From: an uncultured Poribacteria bacterium
GTDB lineage: Bacteria; Poribacteria; WGA-4E; WGA-3G
DNA: 64,000 nucleotides
Assembly (NCBI GenBank): GCA_951813565.1
Contig: OX638351.1
Coordinates: forward strand, 1,824,001 to 1,888,000
Direction of reading: 5' to 3'
Shown one piece after another: positions 19,929-30,065 of the stretch (its first letter is position 1; each line of letters begins with the position of its first letter). The notes under the pieces are model-generated. The model saw nothing but the letters and a program-made list of their open reading frames with translations. It ran no database searches and was not told the DNA's origin. Position numbers and translations under genes: made by a program.

Positions 19929-21315
19929 GTCATAGCACCCACAGCGTAAACGCTGGGGCTTGTGCTTCGTAGCAGTTAGCGTTGTTCTCCGAAGAGAACA
20001 CCCGTCTCACATCTGCTCCACAAGGGGTTCTAAGCAGCCCCGAAGTATATTGATAGCAGCGTTTATATCTCTATCGTGGTGTGAACCACATTCATTGCAT
20101 ATCCACTGCCTATCTGCAAGAGAAAGATTATTGTTAGAATGTCCGCAGTTGCTACAAGGTTTTGTTGTAGCCATCCATTGCCCGACTTGATGGCATGCAC
20201 GATTATGTTTGAAACATTTGAACTTCAAAATCTCAACGAACTGGTAAAAGCCAAGATCGGAGACTTTACGTCCCCAGAGGCGTTTCATTCCATCAAGGTT
20301 GAGCGTTTCAGTGGCGATAATATCAAAACGTCTGCAGAGGTCAGTGGCAACTTTCCAATGCCAGTCTCTGCGTTGGCTGCTACTTTTGATATAGAGGCGT
20401 GTGAGTTGTCTGATAGCACGATACCAGTTGTTAGAACCTTTAACTTTGCGACTCACGCTTTTATTCAGTTTGCGAAGTTGTTTCAAAGATTGTTTATGGA
20501 ACTGCGGAGACTCTATTTTTTCACCAGTGCTGATTGTCAGAAAAGTTTTCAAACCGAAGTCTACGCCCACGCTCTCACCTGTTTGTTGCATAGGTTCGGT
20601 AGAAGTATTATCGGTGATGATATAGAGCCAGTATTCACCAGCATTATCACGAAGGATTTGGATATATCGGACATCTCCGTGCCAGTTGGGGTGTTGATGG
20701 AAAGAGAACCAAACACGATTGACTTTCAAAGATTTAGAATGCATGTCCCACGATTTGAAAGAGAGACGCACACGCCCATCTTCAAGTTTGTAGCCTGTTT
20801 GGAACTTAGCAGAACGGTATCTATGTTTTCGCTTCGGTTTCGGATGACCGCCTTGACCAGCAAAGAAACGTTGGTATGCGTCATGGATACGGATAATCGC
20901 AGCGTCAAGGGTGTCACGAGGTATCCAAGCCCAATGTTTATGGGTACGTTTCAGCAACTTGGTAAGATGCGGTTGCAACTTGTATCTACCAGCATATTTG
21001 CCGTAGATGCGGTAATATCGCTTTTCAAGACGCAGAAAGTGATTATGCACATCACACAAGTCATCAAGCATGTTGCCCAAACGTTTGTTCTTTGGGTGAT
21101 TGCGTCCCTTATATTTATAGGTTCGCATTACTTTACTCCAGCATTACTTCCGATTCCATTCGGTTTCGGTAGAGACCACCTCATGCGAGGTGGATGGAAT
21201 TCTCTACCTGTAATGCTGAGAATAGTATAACACACTTGGCACATAATTGTCAAGCAAAAAAAGAACGGGCATTCCTCCCCGACCTAAAGCAACGGGGTCT
21301 CCTGCCCGAAGATTG
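19929..21315 (-). mobile_element. Second IS200/IS605-family tnpB-only element
   Basis: Minus strand: TCAT|CAA then hairpin ccccgttgctttaggtcgggg; right hairpin ccccagcgtttacgctgtggg ending tatgac; promoter TTGACA-18-TATACT at 21253-21224. Confidence 0.8.
20007..21128 (-). CDS. tnpB: RNA-guided endonuclease TnpB
   Basis: MRTYKYK start; GVDFGLK, ATETLN, HDRDINAAINIL; CSNC...CNEC. Confidence 0.95.
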   Translation of the reverse strand: MRTYKYKGRNHPKNKRLGNMLDDLCDVHNHFLRLEKRYYRIYGKYAGRYKLQPHLTKLLKRTHKHWAWIPRDTLDAAIIRIHDAYQRFFAGQGGHPKPKRKHRYRSAKFQTGYKLEDGRVRLSFKSWDMHSKSLKVNRVWFSFHQHPNWHGDVRYIQILRDNAGEYWLYIITDNTSTEPMQQTGESVGVDFGLKTFLTISTGEKIESPQFHKQSLKQLRKLNKSVSRKVKGSNNWYRAIRQLTRLYIKSSSQRRDWHWKVATDLCRRFDIIATETLNLDGMKRLWGRKVSDLGFYQFVEILKFKCFKHNRACHQVGQWMATTKPCSNCGHSNNNLSLADRQWICNECGSHHDRDINAAINILRGCLEPLVEQM

Positions 21316-21332
21316 ATGACGGATATATTCCA

Positions 21333-21485
21333 GCACTCCAGCGGAGTGCCATGTCTATAGAAAACCCAATATCCAAACTCCCACACTCCAGCGGAGTGCT
21401 ATGTGTGATAAAATTACGGACCGCTCCGCTGGAGCGGAAACGCTGGAGCGGATAGCTGCTATAAACATATTGCTCCGCTGGAGCA
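21333..21485. repeat. Cluster of CTCCAGCGGAG / CTCCGCTGGAG REP-like palindromes
   Basis: Two direct copies, then inverted copies; same layout as the palindromes at 14007-14230. Confidence 0.7.
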
Positions 21486-21744
21486 AAGGCGGACATTTTA
21501 AGTGATGCCTTCTTATACCATTTCTAAAAATGAGACTTCATTGTGAAATTATCGGTTCAAGCTGAGTTGAAGAATGTCCGAGGCGCAATGAATTGCGCTT
21601 GGTGAATGTGCGTCCGACATTCACATTAAACGCGTTTTTTGTTAATGAAAGGCGATCAATTAGAAACAGTATTATAATGTTAAGGCACAAAAATAGGTTA
21701 AAAAGGGTGCATAATATGAATAATGCAAGTTTCAATGTATATTA

Positions 21745-22188
21745 ACGTGAGTTTGATAATTAGACCTAAATGTAGATGTCCGTTGGGTAGAGCGAAGCGA
21801 AACCTATAGGCGTCAATTTAGTGCCTGATTTTCTTGTGGGAGGGCTTTCTAAGCCCGATATTGTGAGGCTCAAAACGTTATATCGGGGTTGAAAACCCGA
21901 CAAATGCCAAAAAGCGCATTTGGCGTTGATTTGGCAGCATGCCAAACGCGCATGCTGCGTTGATTCGCTCCCACAATAGGATATATCCTAAAATTGACGC
22001 CTATGAGTAGAGCGAAGCGAAACCCAACAATTCAACCGTCTTGGAAGTAATTTAAAGTTGAGTTTCACTCATTTTCCTGTTATTTCGGCATCAAATGGAG
22101 AAAAAATCTCTCTTTTATGTCCGATTTTTTGTTTATTCCGTTCTACCCAACGGACAGTGGTTATTGAATTTTATTATCAAACTCACGT
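21745..22188. mobile_element. Non-autonomous IS982-derived MITE (444 bp) with nested elements
   Basis: Ends ACGTGAGTTTGATAAT / ATTATCAAACTCACGT match the IS982 at 12914; TATATTA duplicated on both sides. Confidence 0.85.
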
Positions 22189-22288
22189 TATATTACGAAA
22201 GCGCTGCACGAGAATTGGATGGATCAGACTTATCCCTATATTTCCTTGACATCATAAACGGATTTGTTGTAAAATTGAGTGAGCAAGG

Positions 22289-22699
22289 ATGGTTAGCAAA
22301 ATGCAACAAACATACACCAGAATCCAGTTACTCTCTATTTTCATAATCCTAACCTTGATCGGATGTGCGTCACACGACACGACAAGTGTCCAAGCGTACA
22401 ATCAGTTTGCCATAAAAGCAGCACAGGCAGGTCTTTGGAATGAAGCAATTTTTCGTTGGAAGCAAGCTGTATCTATTGACCCAGATAACGCTGCCACTCA
22501 CAACAACCTTGGCGTAGGTTACGAAGCTTTAGGTAAAATTACTGAGGCAGTGTCAGCATATCAACGTGCAACCGAACTTGATCCTGAAAGTAAATATTAC
22601 CGCATCAATTACCGCAGATGTCGCCTACATATTCGCCGAAGCGGAACCGACAGCGAAGAAACACTACCCGAATCCTCGGAAGAATCCGTAGGGAATTAA
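22289..22699 (+). CDS. TPR-containing lipoprotein
   Basis: Lipobox LIGC; TPR-like helices (WNEAIFRWKQAVSIDPDN, HNNLGVGYEALG). Confidence 0.8.
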   Translation: MVSKMQQTYTRIQLLSIFIILTLIGCASHDTTSVQAYNQFAIKAAQAGLWNEAIFRWKQAVSIDPDNAATHNNLGVGYEALGKITEAVSAYQRATELDPESKYYRINYRRCRLHIRRSGTDSEETLPESSEESVGN

Positions 22700-22715
22700 T
22701 CAGGGAACCTTCCCG

Positions 22716-23471
22716 ATGCAGAAAAAAATCAAATCTCTCATTTTGCAATCTTATAAGCGACAGATAACAATATGTGCCTTGGTTATGATGACCTTAATGC
22801 TATGTGCCTGTGGCAGCAAGGTAGCGCGCGTTTCTATTCCAATTAAGGTGCAATCCGAAATTGATATTGATACCTATTCAAACTTTGCCGTGCTACCTTT
22901 TGTCAGTGAGAAAAACGCTACAAAACTTGATGGAATACCAGTTAAAACAGGAAACGAAATTGCTGAAATTCTAAGAAGCGGTTTAACACGACAAAAACAT
23001 TTTAAGGTCGTAAACAAACAAGAAACTACACGATTAATGACTGGTGAAGAGGTAGGAGAAGAATGGCTTGTGAATACCGAGCGATTAAGCGAGTTAGGTC
23101 GATACTTTGAAGTCAAAGGTATCATCGTCGGAAGTTATCAATTTAAAACCGATACCCGACCAAGACGCTACTACGGTGAACGATACTCAACCCGTCAACA
23201 ACGTTATGTCATGGATTATCAGGACTATATGCAGAAAACCTATATTCTTGCACTCCGTGTGATAATAATTGATGTTGATACCGAAAAAATTATCTGGGAT
23301 GAAGCATATCTTCAAAAAACAGCAGAGGCACATTCTATCGGTTCCTTCGTCTTTTCGCAGATGGCACCGCAGGAAACCACGTTAAGAGAACTTAGCAAAC
23401 GCGCTGCCTACGAATTTACACGCGATATTTCACCACACTATGAACAAGAGGACCGATTCCTGATGCGGTAG
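22716..23471 (+). CDS. Lipoprotein, CsgG/LpoB/TolB-N-like fold
   Basis: Lipobox LCAC; FAVLPF, VKGIIVG, VIIIDVDTEKIIW. Confidence 0.6.
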   Translation: MQKKIKSLILQSYKRQITICALVMMTLMLCACGSKVARVSIPIKVQSEIDIDTYSNFAVLPFVSEKNATKLDGIPVKTGNEIAEILRSGLTRQKHFKVVNKQETTRLMTGEEVGEEWLVNTERLSELGRYFEVKGIIVGSYQFKTDTRPRRYYGERYSTRQQRYVMDYQDYMQKTYILALRVIIIDVDTEKIIWDEAYLQKTAEAHSIGSFVFSQMAPQETTLRELSKRAAYEFTRDISPHYEQEDRFLMR

Positions 23472-23562
23472 ATACCTCATCATTAGAATGTCCTTTAGAT
23501 ACTTGCGTTGTCATCATTTTGAAATCCCAATCTTAATTCCAAATTTAGTCCGGTAAAAACTG

Positions 23563-26451
23563 ATGAACACTCTGAAAAAACTCACAGCAAAAAACATATT
23601 CGCCGATATTAGAATCACGCGTCTTTTTCTCTGTTTTTGCCTAACGATGCTCATTTCATCAAACGTTTTTGCGCAAGGTTTTGGAAAAAACAAGATTACT
23701 GCACAACGTGATTGGCATATCCATCGCACAGAACATTTTGACATCTACTACTACCCCAGCGAAGCCAAACTTGTGCCGGTGATGGCTGCCATCGCAGAGG
23801 ACGCTTATGAAAAACATAGCGAAGACTTTGAACACGAACTTGAAAACAAAACGCCGCTAATCCTTTACAAATCACATAAAGATTTTCAAGAAACCAATAT
23901 CATACTTCAGGAACTACACGAAGGCATCGGAGGCTTTGCTGAACTCTTCAAACACCGTATTGTCATTCCCTTTACAGGTTCACTGGAAGCATTTCGCGAA
24001 GTTATTTTTCATGAGCTTATCCACATCTTTCAATACGATATTCTCTATCAAAAACCCCATGCAAGCATCTATAGTGGTGAGTTTCTCTACTCTCCACCTA
24101 TATGGTTCATGGAAGGAATGGCGGATTATTTTGCTGAAGATAACGATGCTATCGGCGAAATGGTATTGAGAGATGCAAGTATCAATAATAATATTGTGCC
24201 TTTGACAGAGTTACAGAACTTTAATCGACTGAGTTCACCTTATCTCGGATATAAGATGGGGCAGTTGGCTGTTGCGCATCTTGTACAGACTTATGGACGA
24301 GAAAAAATCGCTGAGATTCTGCAAGGCTTAAGACAGAGTCGAAGAAAAGATATAGATTCAGTTTTTAAAAACGTCTTGGGAGTAAGTCTTGCAGAATTTG
24401 ACAAAGAATGGCGACAAATGATGCGAAAACGTTATTGGCCATTGATTCAGGATATGGAACTACCGAACATCGCTGCCAAGATACTTACCGAAGAAGCAAG
24501 ATTCTCTCATAATATTAAACCTGTATGGTCACCCAGTGGTGATATTATTGCTTATATTACCGGTAATGAAGGATTTTTGGAAATTGTCCTGATGTCTGCC
24601 AAAACTGGGCAACGGCTTGATCGGATTACGAAACGCTTATTCCGTAATAAATACGAGGAAATCCGCACCGATTCCAGTGGATTTGATCAAAGCCTGGCAT
24701 GGGCACCCGATGGAGACCATATTGCCTTCATTGGCAAACATCACAATGCAAATTACCTATTTGAAGTCAATATCCTTACGCATAAATTGACACATTATAC
24801 CAAGCTTGATTTCGACGCTGCCACTTCACCTAATTACGACAGAAGTGGAAAGCAAATCGTTTTTTCCGCCTTAAAGGAAGGGCAAACAGACCTTTATATT
24901 ATTGATCTGGAAACCGAAACGATTGATAGATTAACCCAAGACCCCTTTAATGATACACATCCGTCTTGGCATCCAACAAAAAATGCAATTGTTTACGCTT
25001 CAGAACGAGAACGTAAAAATAGACTCGTGTTAATTGATATCGACCAACGGACCGAACAGACTCTCACAGGCAGCACCTCAAATGCAATCAGTCCCGTATG
25101 GATGTCCGATGGAAAAACTGTTTTATTTTCTGATGATCGTACCGGAGTCTTTGACGCATACAAACTCCACATCGCTGACATGCAAGTAACACGTCTTACT
25201 AACTTTATAACAGGCTGTTCCAACCCAAGTTTTTCACCTGATGAGAAGCGGCTGTTGTTTAGTGCTTATCAAGATGGGAAATATGATATCTGTGTAATGG
25301 AATCAGCAAACATACTCGACGAAAAAATTGAGACCCCCTCGTTAGAAACACAATCGGTTCCTATCGTTTTAGATTCTGATACCCCTGAACCAAATTATAG
25401 AATTGCGAAACGGAAGTACAGTACAAAATCTACTTTCCGTCTTGATGCCATTTTCCCGCAATTTAGTTATGGTGCAGATGGACTACTCCGTAGCCAAATT
25501 CAGATGAGTGCCAGCGATATGTTAGGTAATCATCGCGTGGAAGTTAATGTGATTAATCAATCAGGTGGATATCTTCTTCCGGATTTTATCGCGCAATACG
25601 GGTTTTTGACGCATCGTGCTGATATTGGTGCAGTAGTTTATAACTACCATCAATACCATCAGCGCGGGATTTTACAACGTGTTACGGGACTCGGCGGCTA
25701 TCTGAGCTATCCATTTGACCGGTATCGTCGGTTAGACCTTCAGTTTTCAATGTATACAACACCGTTCTCCTATAATTATCAGACAAGCGAGCCTTTTAAC
25801 TATTATGATCGCGGACTTCTCTCGCTCGGTTCCATCGCTTTTGTCGGTGATAACACAATGTGGAGAGAGTGGGCACCCTACAGAGGCGCGCGTTATCGCT
25901 TTGAAATAGAACGTTCATTTCCAGCTATTGGCAGCCAGTTAGCCCTTACAAACGCCATTTTCGATTTCCGAAATTATTTCGGTTTAGGGAGACGGTCCAC
26001 CATTGCCACCCGACTGCTGCTTGGTGGTAGTTTTGGCACTGACAGGTCTCTCTTTTATCTCGGCGGAATTGATACGCTCCGCGGTTATAATTACGAAGAC
26101 CTCGTCGGTTCTCGTATCGGACTGTTTAACGTTGAACTACGTATTCCGTTCATAGATGTTCTATATTTCGGGTGGCCAATTCGTTGGTCAATCGGCGGCA
26201 TCGGAGGTATCCTCTTTGCTGACTTCGGCGGCACATGGGCAAATTGGCAATACGGTCCCGATAACCCTTTCCAAGCACTCCGACGTGATGGCAATCGCAT
26301 CCGTCTTGTAGATATAAAAGGATCAGTAGGCATTGGACTTAGGCTAAAACTTGGCGTGTTCTCTTTAGATTTTGCTGCCGCACGCCACACTGATTTAGCA
26401 AGCATCAAACCGGGATTCAAATATCACTTTGGTTTAGGACAAGCATTTTAG
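23563..26451 (+). CDS. Omp85-family outer-membrane protein with N-terminal HExxH (peptidase MA-like) domain and TolB-like PD40 propeller
   Basis: HELIH and WFMEGMADY; WSPSG/WAPDG/FSPDE repeats; LGGIDTLRGY, ELRIPF, terminal FGLGQAF. Confidence 0.85.
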   Translation: MNTLKKLTAKNIFADIRITRLFLCFCLTMLISSNVFAQGFGKNKITAQRDWHIHRTEHFDIYYYPSEAKLVPVMAAIAEDAYEKHSEDFEHELENKTPLILYKSHKDFQETNIILQELHEGIGGFAELFKHRIVIPFTGSLEAFREVIFHELIHIFQYDILYQKPHASIYSGEFLYSPPIWFMEGMADYFAEDNDAIGEMVLRDASINNNIVPLTELQNFNRLSSPYLGYKMGQLAVAHLVQTYGREKIAEILQGLRQSRRKDIDSVFKNVLGVSLAEFDKEWRQMMRKRYWPLIQDMELPNIAAKILTEEARFSHNIKPVWSPSGDIIAYITGNEGFLEIVLMSAKTGQRLDRITKRLFRNKYEEIRTDSSGFDQSLAWAPDGDHIAFIGKHHNANYLFEVNILTHKLTHYTKLDFDAATSPNYDRSGKQIVFSALKEGQTDLYIIDLETETIDRLTQDPFNDTHPSWHPTKNAIVYASERERKNRLVLIDIDQRTEQTLTGSTSNAISPVWMSDGKTVLFSDDRTGVFDAYKLHIADMQVTRLTNFITGCSNPSFSPDEKRLLFSAYQDGKYDICVMESANILDEKIETPSLETQSVPIVLDSDTPEPNYRIAKRKYSTKSTFRLDAIFPQFSYGADGLLRSQIQMSASDMLGNHRVEVNVINQSGGYLLPDFIAQYGFLTHRADIGAVVYNYHQYHQRGILQRVTGLGGYLSYPFDRYRRLDLQFSMYTTPFSYNYQTSEPFNYYDRGLLSLGSIAFVGDNTMWREWAPYRGARYRFEIERSFPAIGSQLALTNAIFDFRNYFGLGRRSTIATRLLLGGSFGTDRSLFYLGGIDTLRGYNYEDLVGSRIGLFNVELRIPFIDVLYFGWPIRWSIGGIGGILFADFGGTWANWQYGPDNPFQALRRDGNRIRLVDIKGSVGIGLRLKLGVFSLDFAAARHTDLASIKPGFKYHFGLGQAF

Positions 26452-26496
26452 TTGGCTTATCGGCATGCGCTTGAATATAGATAGAATATAGGAGAT

Positions 26497-29400
26497 ATGT
26501 TCCAAAAAGACATAATCCAGACACAAGGAGAAAAAATGGATTCACGGATCAAACGTTATATCATCACTATTGCAATTTTAGCTATCCTTGCGGGTATTTT
26601 TACCGCCTGGGTCAATATTTATCCAGATTATTTATGGTTTGAGATGGTGGAAAAGATAAACATTTACACCAAAATTCTCACAACAAAAATCTTCGTGGGT
26701 GTAGTCGTTGGGGTTGTCTATCTTGCTATCCTCTTGGTAAATATCTTCATAATTCATCGGTTCACACCTGCACATCTCAGTCCCGCTTTCATGGGCGGCA
26801 CTGAATTCACCGGTGGACAAACCGATACTCGAAAAATGATTTACGGAGGACTTACGCTGCTCGCAATCCTTTTCAGCATTTTAATGGGATATTCAGCGAC
26901 CGATCGATGGGAAGTCTTTTTGCGATATACGCACGCTGAAAATCTAAATTTCCAGTCTGCTACACCTATAGTTGTTGAAAATAACCTCAATTCAGACGAA
27001 ATCACTGTCCCAACGTTAGAACTTGAGGCAAAGAACATACAGGTAGGCGATGAGGTAAACGTTTACATTGATGGGGATGAGCCAATTACCGCACAAGTTG
27101 AAGAGGTAATAACAAGAGGTATTGAACGGGCGGGTGCTCAAAATACAATACCGGTCGGTTTGCGTTTGAACACACCGGTTCAGATAGAGAGTGGACAAAA
27201 AGCGTATTTCACATCACTTGCTCGTGATCCGATTTTTGATAAGGATATTGCCTATTACGTCTTCAAAATGCCGATGGAGCGGTACGTCATCGGCACACTA
27301 TTTGGCATCTTTCTATTAGTTACAATTTTTGCTGTGATTATCTACTTTTTCCATGGATTGATAACAGGTGAAACAAACGAACTTCGCTTTCGCCCGCCTT
27401 TCCGAGTGAAAGCACATCTGTTCACTTTGGTAGGGTTAACACTTATATTCCGCGGTTGGAACTACCGCTATGTAATGTTTGACCTGCTGCATACCTCAAA
27501 CGATGTTGTGCGAGGCGGTGGTGGATACGCTGCAATGAATGCCCGTTACCCTGTTTTATGGATTATGTTGGTAATAACTGGTTTGTGTGCTGCTGTTTTC
27601 ATCATTAGCATCTTCCTGCGGCGCAACACTTTTGCTTTTGCTGGATTCATAATCTTCATAATCGCTGGTTTTGTTGGACAATTGTATCCAAAACTTATAC
27701 AGACATGGCGAGTTGAACCTAACAAACAGGTATTAGAACAGAAATATATTAACTATAATATCAAAGCAACGCTCCATGCTTATGGCTTAGAAAATAATAA
27801 GGTGACCGAAGAAGAGTATCCACTGACAGAGAAACTCTCCTATGCTGACATAACAAGTCCCGAAAATCAGCCTGTTATCAATAGTATCCGCCTCTGGGAT
27901 TGGCGTCCGATACGCAGAATCTTCCGGCAACTGCAAGAATTACGTTCACAGTACGATTTCTATGATGTAGACATTGACAGATACACTGTTAATGACACCA
28001 TTCAGCAAGTGATGCTTTCTGCACGCGAGTTAAACATCAATGAACTCCCGGATGCTGTCAAAAATGATTGGTACAAGCAGACCTATACCTATACGCACGG
28101 CTACGGAGCTGTCGTCAGTCCTGTGAACGAAATTGAGAACGGTAACCCTAATATGTACATCAGAGGATTACCACCTATTGAGTATGAATCCCAATGGCCG
28201 GATAGGTTTAACACAGAACCAGGGCCCCGAATTTACTACGGGGAGCGTACCGACAGGTACGTCATCGTTCATCCAGAACGCACTGAATTAAAACTTGAGT
28301 TCGACTATCCACAAGAGGGTCAACAGTACGTGGACTACGCCTATCAAGGTAATGGAGGTGTGGTGCTATCTTCTTTCTGGCGCAAACTTGTCTACATGCT
28401 CAAGTTTAATAATGAAATTAAGTTTGTCCTACCCGGTGAAATTACATCAGCAAGTAAAGTGCTTTACGAGCGAAATATCAAAAAGCGGATTCACAAGATC
28501 GCTCCCTTCTTGCGCTACGATGGGGACCCGTACGCCGTTATTCATGAGGGGAAACTTGTATGGATAATTGATGCGTATACGATCACGCACCGATACCCTT
28601 ATTCCGTTTCAATGCAAGAGTTTATTCAACGGAGAAGACAACCAGGAGGTGTGAGTCAAAGAGGCGGAGAACCTTGGGGAAACTATATTCGAAATTCTGT
28701 CAAGGTCGTAGTTGATGCTTACGATGGCACAGTTAATTTTTACCTCATTGAACAGGAACGCGATCCGATTGCTGAATGCTATCGCAAGATTTTCCCAGAC
28801 CTTTTCAAGAGTTTTGATGAGATGCCTGCTGACTTAAAAGCACACATACGTTACCCAACTACGATGTTCCTTATCCAGTCTCGTGTCTATCAAGATTATC
28901 ACATGAAAGACCCAATCACATTTTATGCTGGTGAAGACCAATGGGAAATCGGAACGGAATTGTACGACAATACAGACACGCAGATTAGACAAACCAGCAT
29001 GCCGCAGCAAACCAGTCCTCTTACCCCACAACGGATAGTTGAAAAGAGCTTACCCAGTAATGTCCAACCAGTTGAACCTTACTATGTCGTTCTCAGGCTA
29101 CCTGGGGAAGAGAATGCTGAATTTATGTTGATGTTGCCGTTCACACCACGGAATAAACCGAATCTTATCGCATGGCTCGCCGCTCGATGCGATTTACCGC
29201 AATATGGCCAACTCCTTGTCTATCGATTTCCGAAACAGGAATTAGTTTCCGGACCGATGCAGGTTGAAAACTTTATTAGCCAAAAACCTGAAATTTCACA
29301 GCAAATCAGCCTATGGAACACACAAGGCACACGGGTACTTCGCGGCAACCTACTAATTATGCCGATGAATAATTCACTTCTTTATGTGGAACCGATTTAT

Positions 29401-29757
29401 ATCCAATCTGAAGATGAGGCGACCGCAATTCCCGAACTCCGACGCGTCGTTGTTAGCTACGAAGAGAATGACAATCTCCATGTCGTTTGGGGCGAAACGC
29501 TTGATGAAGCACTCAGAGAAATGTTTGTAAGAAGAATAGGAGGGCAAACCGAACTCACGGCTACAGTTGATGGCACACTTGAAGCAACTGACCTCCCAGA
29601 AACCGCTACATCGTTGCGCGGGCTAATTGAGCAGGCAAATAACTATTATAATAGCGCACAACAAGCACAACGCAACGGTAACTGGACAGAATACGGACGC
29701 AATGTTGAACTCTTAGAGCAAACCTTGAAACAACTTGATGCAAACACGCAACAGTAA
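26497..29757 (+). CDS. UPF0182-family membrane protein
   Basis: DYLWF, DPIFDKD, IRLWDWRP, DIDRY, YTHGYG, PRIYYGE, NYIRNSVKVVVDAYDG, PELRRVVV. Confidence 0.92.
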   Translation: MFQKDIIQTQGEKMDSRIKRYIITIAILAILAGIFTAWVNIYPDYLWFEMVEKINIYTKILTTKIFVGVVVGVVYLAILLVNIFIIHRFTPAHLSPAFMGGTEFTGGQTDTRKMIYGGLTLLAILFSILMGYSATDRWEVFLRYTHAENLNFQSATPIVVENNLNSDEITVPTLELEAKNIQVGDEVNVYIDGDEPITAQVEEVITRGIERAGAQNTIPVGLRLNTPVQIESGQKAYFTSLARDPIFDKDIAYYVFKMPMERYVIGTLFGIFLLVTIFAVIIYFFHGLITGETNELRFRPPFRVKAHLFTLVGLTLIFRGWNYRYVMFDLLHTSNDVVRGGGGYAAMNARYPVLWIMLVITGLCAAVFIISIFLRRNTFAFAGFIIFIIAGFVGQLYPKLIQTWRVEPNKQVLEQKYINYNIKATLHAYGLENNKVTEEEYPLTEKLSYADITSPENQPVINSIRLWDWRPIRRIFRQLQELRSQYDFYDVDIDRYTVNDTIQQVMLSARELNINELPDAVKNDWYKQTYTYTHGYGAVVSPVNEIENGNPNMYIRGLPPIEYESQWPDRFNTEPGPRIYYGERTDRYVIVHPERTELKLEFDYPQEGQQYVDYAYQGNGGVVLSSFWRKLVYMLKFNNEIKFVLPGEITSASKVLYERNIKKRIHKIAPFLRYDGDPYAVIHEGKLVWIIDAYTITHRYPYSVSMQEFIQRRRQPGGVSQRGGEPWGNYIRNSVKVVVDAYDGTVNFYLIEQERDPIAECYRKIFPDLFKSFDEMPADLKAHIRYPTTMFLIQSRVYQDYHMKDPITFYAGEDQWEIGTELYDNTDTQIRQTSMPQQTSPLTPQRIVEKSLPSNVQPVEPYYVVLRLPGEENAEFMLMLPFTPRNKPNLIAWLAARCDLPQYGQLLVYRFPKQELVSGPMQVENFISQKPEISQQISLWNTQGTRVLRGNLLIMPMNNSLLYVEPIYIQSEDEATAIPELRRVVVSYEENDNLHVVWGETLDEALREMFVRRIGGQTELTATVDGTLEATDLPETATSLRGLIEQANNYYNSAQQAQRNGNWTEYGRNVELLEQTLKQLDANTQQ

Positions 29758-29817
29758 TCAAGGAATTTCATAATACGGCATGTAAAACCCTACGATTATA
29801 GAGAGGAGGTGAAACAG

Positions 29818-30063
29818 ATGTCTCTTGATTGGAAACCACGTCACAGGGATATGGTAATTGGCGGCATACCTTGGCTCGCAAGAATTTCTGATAAAGCTAA
29901 CGCAAAACTGCAAGGCATCATCGGTGAATACATATATCCGTGACCACAAGATAAAATGTTCCTGGAGGAACATAAGATATCTGCTGAGGATTTTGTTGAA
30001 ATAGTAAAAAACAATCCCTCAGATGATGAAATGATTGCTGCTATAAAGAAGTTGAGCAGTTAA
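29818..30063 (+). CDS. DUF5069-like small protein, probable selenoprotein (UGA codon 42 read as Sec), 81 aa; absent from the ORF track
   Basis: Strong RBS gaggaggtg; MSLDWKPRHRDMVIGGIPWLARISDKANAKLQGIIGEYIYP-U-PQDKMFLEEHKISAEDFVEIVKNNPSDDEMIAAIKKLSS; frame stays open for 39 codons after TGA 29941-29943. Confidence 0.8.
29949..29982 (+). promoter_or_regulatory. Candidate bacterial SECIS element
   Basis: Perfect stem ATGTTCC-TGGA-GGAACAT (29956-29973) starting 12 nt after the UGA; possible lower stem AGATA/TATCT. Confidence 0.7.
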
Positions 30064-30065
30064 CA

